DNA of 17,183 bases from Octopus sinensis (lineage: Eukaryota), in assembly GCF_006345805.1 (NCBI RefSeq), contig NW_021824919.1:1-17183 (forward strand), written 5' to 3'. Below, piece by piece: positions 9,520 through 17,183 of the stretch. The translations under genes were made by a program, and so were the position numbers. The notes beneath the pieces were generated by a model. That model had not been told where the DNA came from and searched no databases. It saw nothing but the letters and a program-made list of their open reading frames with translations. Each line of letters starts with the position of its first letter. Within the stretch, counting starts at the first letter, position 1.

Positions 9520-10260
9520 TAAGTTCCCGAGAAGGGGCTAGTCGATTGTGTCAACTCCAGTGTTCAGTTGGTATTTATTTTATCGACTGCGAAGAGTAAA
9601 TGGCAAAGTCGATCTCGGAGGAATTTGAACTCAGAACGTAAAGATGGGCGAAATACCTATTTCTTTACTACCCACTAGGGGCTAAACACAGAGAGGACAA
9701 ACAGGACAGACAAACGGATTAAGTAGATTATATCGATCCTAGTGCGTAACTGGTACTTATTTAATCGACCCCGAAAGGATGAAAGGCAAAGTCGACATCG
9801 GCGGAATTTGAACTCAGAACGTAGCGGCATACGAAGTACCTATTTCTTTACTACCCACAAGGGGCTAAACACAGAGAGGACAAACAAGGACAGACAAACG
9901 GATTAAGTCGATTATATCGATCCTAGTGCGTAACTGATAATTATTTAATCGACTCCGAAAGGATGAAAGGCAAAGTCGACCTCGGCGGAATTTGAACTCA
10001 GAAGGTATCGGCAGACGAAATACCTAATTCTTTACTACCCACAAGGGGCTAAACACAGAGAGGACAAACAAGGACAGACAAACGGATTAAGTCGATTATA
10101 TCGATCCTAGTGCGTAACTGATAATTATTTAATCGACTCCGAAAGGATGAAAGGCAAAGTCGACCTCGGCGGAATTTGAACTCAGAACGTATCGGCAGAC
10201 GAAATACCGCTAAGCATTTCGCCCGGCGGGCTTGATAATGATTCTGCCAGTTCACCGCCT
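9520..10260 (-). repeat. Head-to-tail array of SINE family B: diverged unit 9520-9657, 183-184-bp bodies 9658-9840, 9841-10024 and 10025-10208, single head 10209-10260
   Basis: Each body runs tatttctttactacccac..gaactcagaa..gaaatacc on the + strand and is the rc of 15525-15703. Confidence 0.92.
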
Positions 10261-10844
10261 TGATTATATTAAAATACACTGGCATAAACATACATTAATG
10301 GTTCTCCAGATACGAATGTGTTCCTAAGAGTCTGGTGTCTAAAATATAACCTGTGATGTCGTCATCAGTGGAATATAGAATCGTAAGAGGTTATACAGCT
10401 TCTTAATGGGCTAATAAAGTCTAAAAGGAAAAGAATGCAGAGGAAACTCGAATAAATCTTTTACGATTTTTCTGTTCGGTTCACTGAAATCAAATTAAAG
10501 AAATAGGATATTGCAATAAGAGTAGATATAGATATTTCTCAAGCATAATTAAGATATATTCAGGCAGCAGGTTTATTATTCATTTGGTTCCTTCTTTTAC
10601 CCACTCTTAATAAAGAACCAGATGCCAAATCCCGAGCAAAGCAATTGAATAGTTGTTATTATGTGTGTATACATACATAAATGCTCACGCAGGCACGCAC
10701 ATATATTTTTAAAAGTTTATATAACCCGTAAACATAGCCGGAAAGATTGCTTGAGGATACATGGCGTATTTTATAAATATGTCTGTTCAATTATCATAAT
10801 AGCGTCAATCTATTGGTAGCTCTTTCGGTTGTGGTTTTAATTTG

Positions 10845-10915
10845 ATATATATGTGTGGTGTGTGTGTATACACATATATATGTATTACTGTAGGTATATG
10901 TGCGTGTGTATGTGC

Positions 10916-10959
<44 letters not shown>

Positions 10960-10976
10960 TATACATACACACGCAT

Positions 10977-11019
<43 letters not shown>

Positions 11020-11205
11020 TACATACATACATGTATGTATGTACATTATCTATCTATCTCAATCTCTCTCCTCTCTCTCTCTCTCTCTCTATTATATATA
11101 TATATATATATAATATATATTATATATATAGATATATTATATATAATATATATATATATATATATCTATATATACTAATACATACATAAATACATACATA
11201 CCTAC
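10845..11205. repeat. Compound (TG)/(TA)/(TACA)/(CT) microsatellite
   Basis: Direct reading; explains the YI-rich ORFs. Confidence 0.95.
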
Positions 11206-11374
11206 ACCACACTCGAACCAGCCCTGATTTGCGATTTAACTTGGATTTGGTACTTACATATCGACAGTCTCCTACCAATTCATGATACCTTTAATGTTAT
11301 TTTACTTCACTGTGGAGCCTATTATTGTACCAAGCCATTTCTCCTACACACACACACACATACACACACACATA

Positions 11375-11454
11375 TGGCTGTGCGGTTAAGACGCCCAAAA
11401 TGCCGCGTTGTGGTACTAAACCCGAGACCATGCGGTTGCAAAGGGAGCTTCTTA
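11375..11454. mobile_element. SINE family A-like head with an internal 60-bp inversion
   Basis: tggctgtgcggttaag is on +; 11391-11450 is the rc of the sequence that normally follows it. Confidence 0.6.
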
Positions 11455-11670
11455 GGGTTGTTGGGACGCTATCATTTCAAGCGTAAGCAAAATATCCCCA
11501 AAATGTTCAATGCCATTCCCTTCCGTATGTGGTTTTATATTATAGTAACCATTCCCGAGAGATGTTTTAACAAAAGTGGAGCGATGCTTCACTTCCAACG
11601 GTTTTCCAGCACGTCGGACACCGACCCAGAATTTCTGAAGGCCCATGTTAATACGTAAAACATACACATA

Positions 11671-11885
11671 AAGTGCCGAGACAGCAGAATAGTTGGCCTG
11701 CTGGACGAAGTGCTTAACGGCATTTCGTCTGTCCTTGCGTTCTGAGTTCAAATTCCGCCGAGGTAGACTTGACTTTCATCCTTTCAGAGTCGATAAAATA
11801 CGCACCAATTGTGTAATGGGGTCGTTGTAATCGACTGCACCCGTCTTCCGAACTTGCTGGATCTGTACCAGAATTTGAAATCAAT
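11671..11885 (+). mobile_element. SINE family B, diverged, tail type 2
   Basis: gttctgagttcaaattccgccgaggtagact..ttcatccttt..gtcgataaaat matches 15540-15605; the tail matches 730-762. Confidence 0.8.
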
Positions 11886-12014
11886 ATGTAAAATATACAT
11901 AAAGTGCGAATGGTTTCTTTTTTTTTATTATTACAGCGCCGTGATTTACAATCTTGTAAATAATAATAATGGTATTTTTATATAAGCATAAAGCTTATAG
12001 AGATCACCGCGCTA

Positions 12015-12152
12015 TGACTAAAGAAAACAGTCTAATGAAGGGGCATATTAGCCCTCGACAGAAAAAAGAGGGCTTTCCCACACGTATGGGAAAGCCTTCT
12101 TTTTTCAGTTGAGGGCTTATATGCCCCTTTATTAAGCTATTTTGCTTAGTCA
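12015..12152. repeat. 138-bp palindrome (66-bp arms, 6-nt loop), MITE/foldback-like
   Basis: Ungapped alignment of 12015-12080 with the rc of 12087-12152 gives 56/66 matches; loop CACGTA. Confidence 0.9.
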
Positions 12153-12178
12153 GTCTTTGAGCTTAATTCATACAATTA

Positions 12179-12587
12179 CAGGCGTAGGAGTGGCTGTGTG
12201 GTAAGTAGCTTGCTTACCAGCCACATGGTTCCTGGTTCAGTCCACTGCGTGGCACCTTGGGCAATTGTCTTCTACTATAGCCTCGGGCCGACCAAATTCT
12301 TGTGAGTGGGTTTGGTAGGCGGAAACTGAAAGAGGCCCGTCGTATATATGTATAGATGTGTGTGTGTGTGTGTGTGTTTGTGTGTCTGTGTTTGTCCCCC
12401 CAACATCGCTTGACAACCGATGGTGGTGTGTTTACGGTCCCCGTAACTTAGCGGTTCGGCAAAAGAGACCGATAGAATAAGTACTAGACTTACAAAGAAT
12501 AAGTCCTGGGGTTATTTGCTCGACTAAAAAAGGCGGTGCTCCAGCATGGCCACAGTCAAATGACTGAAACAAGTAAAAGAGAGAGAG
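12179..12587 (+). mobile_element. tRNA-derived SINE family A, near full length
   Basis: Head ggcgtaggagtggctgtgtggtaag (A box), ggttcagtcc (B box), ccttgggcaa central box, internal (TA)(TG), tail aagtaaaagagag. Confidence 0.88.
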
Positions 12588-12629
12588 TCATTGCACGGTG
12601 ATCGCCATAAGCTTTAAGCTTATACGAAA

Positions 12630-12699
12630 ATACATACATACATACATACATACATACATACATACATACATACATACATACATACATACATACATACAT
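12630..12699. repeat. Perfect (ATAC)n tetranucleotide repeat, ~17 units
   Basis: Direct reading. Confidence 0.95.
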
Positions 12700-13370
12700 G
12701 TGCTCTATCGAAATTATGGTCACATATAAATAATCTCGTGTATAATTCTAATTGTCCAAACTTTAAAACACATATGAGCTGGAATATAAAGAATAAAAGG
12801 TGAATAACATTTAATAGAATGCTTATTTCTAATTTGATACACGAGTCCTCGAGTGTATATAGCAAGGGAGGTAGAGCGTCGATTTAGTTGACATCAACAC
12901 CGCATTTTTTACCAATATCTTAAACAGTCCTGAGGGATTTAAGACGAAAACGACCTTGGCGTGATGTGAAGCCTGAATTAAATATTGAATTGTGCATTCA
13001 AGTTAGAAAAGTATACCATATCATAACACATAAGCATAAATAACACGTATGTGTGTGGGAGCAAGGGGTATATTAGCAAGAAACTAATGTATTCACAATG
13101 CCTCATGTATTCACAATGCTAAAATATTCAAAAGCAACAAATATGGAGTTATTTTTGCGACATATTATTCAAAGATTTTGCCTTTTGTTGCAGAACATGA
13201 ATAATTGCGACTGTCATTTCTTGCTGGAATTTTTTTTACGTGTCACTCATTGATTTTAAACCTTGTCATATTAATTAAAGTTGACATGTTAATTAGCTGC
13301 TGTTTCACCAAGCTTAGTATTATTTTCATATGAAATATTTTTTTTCTTTTGTTGTTTCTCTGGAGGGTCA

Positions 13371-13485
13371 TTGGTCGGCCCGAGGCAAGTAGAAGACACT
13401 TGCCCAAGGTGCCATGCAGTGGGACTGAACCCGGAACCATGAGGTTGGTAAACAAGCTACTTACCACACAGCCACTCCTGCGCCT
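13371..13485 (-). mobile_element. SINE family A, head and central box only
   Basis: Reverse complement matches 12181-12295 closely; abuts the 5' break of the transposase. Confidence 0.85.
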
Positions 13486-15010
13486 ATAACGATTTGCCGG
13501 AAAAAGAAAGGTGAAACTTCTAATGAAAAATCCGTTTTGGCTAGTAAAGGCTGGTTTCAAAGAGTAAAGAAGTGCATGAATTTGCACAACATAAAAATGA
13601 CTGGTGAAACAGCGAACGCTGATACAGAGGCTGTTACTAATTATCTTGAACTGTTGAAGAAAATGATTGCTGAAGGCGATTACACGCTCGAGCAAGTATA
13701 CAATTTTTATGAGACTGCACTTTTGTGGAAGCGCAGGCCTGCTAGAACTTATATTTCTCGAGAAAAAAAAAATCAAAGTCAATATTTAAAGCTTCCTAAA
13801 ATCGTTTGACACTTCTTTGGTGGGGGGATGCCTATGTTGATATGAAATTAAAGCCCCTACACGTGTATCACTCCAAAAATCAAAGGGCTTTCATGGGTTA
13901 CACAAAGTATAATCTACTGCTGAATTGGCGTTCAGATATGAAGGCATGGATGACTAAGAGCCTTTTCAAAGAGTGGTTTACAAACGTTTTTTTGTCCTTC
14001 GCTAGAAAGGTACAGAGCCAGACACAATATTTCCAATAAAGTATTGCTCCTTTTAGACAATTGACCAAGCCACCCAACAAACTTAGATTGCTTTTCTGAT
14101 TATCTGCGAACAGAATATATCCCCAAGAATACAATTTCTTTGCTCCAGCCAATGGATCAAGGTACAGTTAATTTATCACCCCCGAAAGGATGAAAAGCAA
14201 AGTCGACCTCGGCGGAATTTGAACTCAGAACTTAAAGACGCGCGAAATGCCGCTAAGCATTTCGCGCGGCATGCTAACGATTCTGCCAGCTAGCAACTTT
14301 AATGTACGACAATTAGTAGTTTCAAATTTTCGCACAAGCCCAGAAATTTCAGGGAGGGGCTAAGACGAATACAATGGATCAAGGTACCTTATATGAGAAC
14401 TTTCAAACAACCTATGAAAGCAATAGACAGGGAGGATAAACCAGCAGTTAGAGATTTCTAGAAGAAAATCAACATAACGGAAGCTGTGGATGATATATCT
14501 GAGTCATGTGATTAACTGAAACCTTCGACTTTTGAACAGTGCTTGGAAAAGTATACGACCAGACTATATCCGGGGACATTACAAGTTTTCCTCAATCAGA
14601 AAGTCTACATCAATTTCGGAAAGATATGAAACTTGTAAAGGATGTAGGATTTGAGAACGTATCTGAGTTGCTAGCATCCCAGAGAGAAAGTCTATCTAAG
14701 GAGGAGCAGATGCTGTTATAAAAAAAGAACAAGCGGAGAATACAGATGAATACAACGGAGAATACAACGGAATACAACGGAAGTTCCACCTACACCACTT
14801 AAATGGACTACAAAAGTTATTGCTTAAGTGTTAGCACTTATAGAGGAAGGTCTGCAGGTTTTTCACTGATAATGATCCTAATCGTGAACACTGCATAAAA
14901 ATTACGAGAGGAGTTTATAATGAACGCAGTTCCTATAGTGAGCAGTACAAATACATGATACATTATAAACAGCGAACAACTTTGAACAAGTCCTTCACCC
15001 CTCAAGCTGA
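13486..15010 (+). pseudogene. Decayed Tigger/pogo (Tc1/mariner-related) DDD transposase, 5'-truncated
   Basis: ASKGWF (CENP-B HTH end), GETANAD, QVYNFYETAL (first catalytic D lost), KLKPLHVYHSKN.RA, AWMT..LF.EWF, KVLLLLDN*PSHP and QPMDQG with 32 residues between the last two aspartates, then PSTLNSAWK and DPN.E..K..RGV. Stops and frameshifts throughout; no TIR found. Confidence 0.88.
14166..14371 (-). mobile_element. SINE family B pieces in permuted order, between 16-bp direct repeats
   Basis: Core+head at 14161-14290 and tail type 2 at 14318-14373; caatggatcaaggtac at 14150-14165 and 14372-14387. Confidence 0.8.
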
Positions 15011-15400
15011 TGTTGGCGATAATTAACTATAAGATAGTAAATATTTCTCTTGTCTTCCTAGTAACGCTCATTCCAACACGTCAGCTCTCATACAGTAATC
15101 AACATCTTCTGTGGTAAGGACATATTCTTACTCTATTAGATTTTTATTAATTCCTTGAAGTATGTTTGTGTTTTTATGTATCAATATTGTACCGTGAATG
15201 TTTAGAAATTGATATATTCGTGTTACTTGCTCTCTATTGTTTTCTTGTGCTTCCTTTTTCTTTTTCGGAAAGGTCCACAGGAACGCAATTTCAACTGATA
15301 ATATAAAAATCAATAGGGAAATAAATTTTGCATTACGGAATTTCAGCAACGCATTACCTCCGTAAAGTGTGGGATTCCTGTATATTATATATATATAAAT

Positions 15401-15404
<4 letters not shown>

Positions 15405-15473
<69 letters not shown>
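15405..15473. repeat. (TG)n microsatellite, ~34 units
   Basis: Direct reading; further (TA)/(TG) at 15704-15748. Confidence 0.95.
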
Positions 15474-15475
<2 letters not shown>

Positions 15476-15703
15476 GGCGGCGAGCTGGCAGAAACGTTAG
15501 CACGCCGGGCGAAATGCGTAGCCGTATTTCGTCTGTCGTTACGTTCTGAGTTCAAATTCTGCCGAGGTCGACTTTGCCTTTCATCCTTTCGGGGTCGATA
15601 AATTAAGTACCAGTTACGCACTGGGGTCGATGTAATCGACTTAATCCCTTTGATGTCCTTGTTTGTCCCCTCTGTGTTTAGCCCCTTGTGGGTAATAAAG
15701 AAA
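15474..15703 (+). mobile_element. tRNA-derived SINE family B, full length, tail type 1, embedded in a microsatellite
   Basis: A-box-like gctggcagaaacg, B-box-like gagttcaaattc, gtcgat-gta-atcgac hairpin, tail ..gccccttgtgggtaataaagaaa; same family as the 9.6-10.3-kb array. Confidence 0.88.
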
Positions 15704-15704
15704 C

Positions 15705-15746
<42 letters not shown>

Positions 15747-16539
15747 TGTACTGTTCCGGGAAAGAAAATTCAACAAAAGTGTACTCCCTCTGGTGAGAGA
15801 TAAATATTATTTATTTAAAGGACACTATACATATCTAATAGTTTCATATGTTGAGAAATATCATAAACATACTCATCAGGCACAAACCACATATCATAAC
15901 GAACTAACAAAAAAAAAATATAAAAATAAGAGAAGAAACGCGAAAAAACCAAGAAGACAGCATATAGAAAACGCGGAAGGTTAAAAAAAAACGGAAAACG
16001 AAAACCGAAAAACGATAAGCACAAAAACTGAAATGTAAAAAATATAAAGTAAAAATGTAAAAAAGTTACCCTTCTTAGACCTTAATTAAAAATTCTGGAA
16101 AGATAGCAAAAAGTTAATTAAGAATTGGCGGAAATTTTCCAGTTCTATAAATATATATAAAGTCACATCGACAGAGAAATGGTCTAATGAAATTCATTTG
16201 ACAGTAAGAAAATTCTAATTTCGCGACAATTTATATATACAGGTGCGTATGTGTGTGAGTGTGAGTGTAACTATGTGTGTGTGCGCATACATATATATAT
16301 ATATATGTATGTTGATGACGTCATAAGGATTTTTTATAAATTTTCAAAAGGATGTGAAATCATTCTTTTTTCGGAAAAATCATCGAAGCACACACAAAGC
16401 TATAAATATGAGTTAAAACCCCCTTTTGCATAGAAAAAAGTCAAAGGTGACCCATAGGACTCGAAACCACGTCTCCTGTAGGCACGACAATTGTTTTCGA
16501 ATTGGACCAAAGCAATCCCTCGAATTTTCTATCTATTTT

Positions 16540-16565
16540 AAATATATATATTCATATATACACAC

Positions 16566-16618
<53 letters not shown>

Positions 16619-16835
16619 GTTGTATGTATGTATGTGTGTGTGTGTGAGTGTGTATATTGTATACATATATATGTGTGTGTACGCACGTGCATATTTATAT
16701 AATATAATATATATATATATATATATCTATATGGTATATATAGGTATATGTATGTATGTAGTAATATATATATGCATAAATATCATGTGTATATAATTGT
16801 ATGTAAGTATGCATGCATATATATGTATGTCTATA
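16540..16835. repeat. Compound (TA)/(TG)/(TATG) microsatellite
   Basis: Direct reading. Confidence 0.9.
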
Positions 16836-16852
16836 TGTTTTGGTCTTTGCCG

Positions 16853-17007
16853 GTTTCAGCCAAAGGCTGAGGCCATGCTTGGGCACAGCCTGTTGTGTGA
16901 CCAGTTTTATTTCGCACTTTCGAGCTTTCTTACCAGGATAAGAACCCGGAACCCGGAACCATGTGGTTGGTAAGCAAGCTACTTACCACACAGCCACTCC
17001 TACGCCT
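16853..17007 (-). mobile_element. Short family A-related SINE: intact head plus diverged tail
   Basis: 16942-17007 is the rc of the head; 16853-16891 resembles the rc of the tail (tttcag..g.ggccatgct.g.gcac.gcc). Confidence 0.65.
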
Positions 17008-17021
17008 ATGCATATGTGTAC

Positions 17022-17028
17022 AGAGAGC

Positions 17029-17083
<55 letters not shown>

Positions 17084-17090
17084 AGAAGAA
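17022..17090. repeat. (GA)n microsatellite
   Basis: Direct reading. Confidence 0.95.
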
Positions 17091-17183
17091 AGATGACGCA
17101 GTGATGAGCTTTGTGATTGAAACGTTGGCTTGAACCTTCAGTACTAAAAGTCCCTACAAAGTTACATTCTAGACATAATAGTT

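Noticed and set aside
9658-10260. CRISPR-like or phage-like regular repeat
   Set aside because: Units are 184-bp SINE bodies with no unique spacers; the context is eukaryotic and there are no cas genes.
10794-11189. YI/CV/HT-rich ORFs (also 12620-12865, 15328-15621, 16426-16886)
   Set aside because: Translations of dinucleotide and tetranucleotide microsatellites.
11560-11625. Minus-strand CPTCWKTVGSEASLHFC, C2H2-like
   Set aside because: His ligands are misplaced, a stop follows immediately and there is no array context.
13087-13119. 15-bp direct repeat atgtattcacaatgc twice; also gaatacaacgg three times at 14748-14782
   Set aside because: Ordinary slippage duplications with nothing inserted between them.
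12900-15130. Terminal inverted repeats and TA TSD for the Tigger element
   Set aside because: No matching CAG..CTG termini found; the element appears truncated at both ends.
15128-15349. Minus-strand ORF resembling a type II membrane-protein N-terminus
   Set aside because: It starts at TTG, the frame runs back into a TA repeat with no ATG, there are no convincing splice sites, and the AT-rich composition explains it.

Overview
Eukaryotic, AT-rich, microsatellite-dense, repeat-dominated DNA with no host gene I can support. The SINE families look like octopod cephalopod repeats, but that taxon call is from recall, not a search. The centrepiece (1236-6997) is a Penelope-like retroelement (RT + Cys-rich linker + C-terminal GIY-YIG, Neptune-type) on the minus strand. 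A 1.44-kb copy of its own 3' end sits head-to-head in inverted orientation. Each 3' end carries a minimal type I hammerhead ribozyme with a U3-A8 core covariation and a palindromic helix III. The ~10 frame breaks are largely 1-bp homopolymer indels, and within the duplicated region they differ between the arms, so the element may be intact in vivo. The rest is a CR1/L2-group LINE fragment, a decayed Tigger/pogo transposase and two tRNA-derived SINE families, here called A and B. Unusual structures include a head-to-tail SINE array with hairpin junctions, a permuted SINE between 16-bp direct repeats, a micro-inverted SINE head and a 138-bp near-perfect palindrome.
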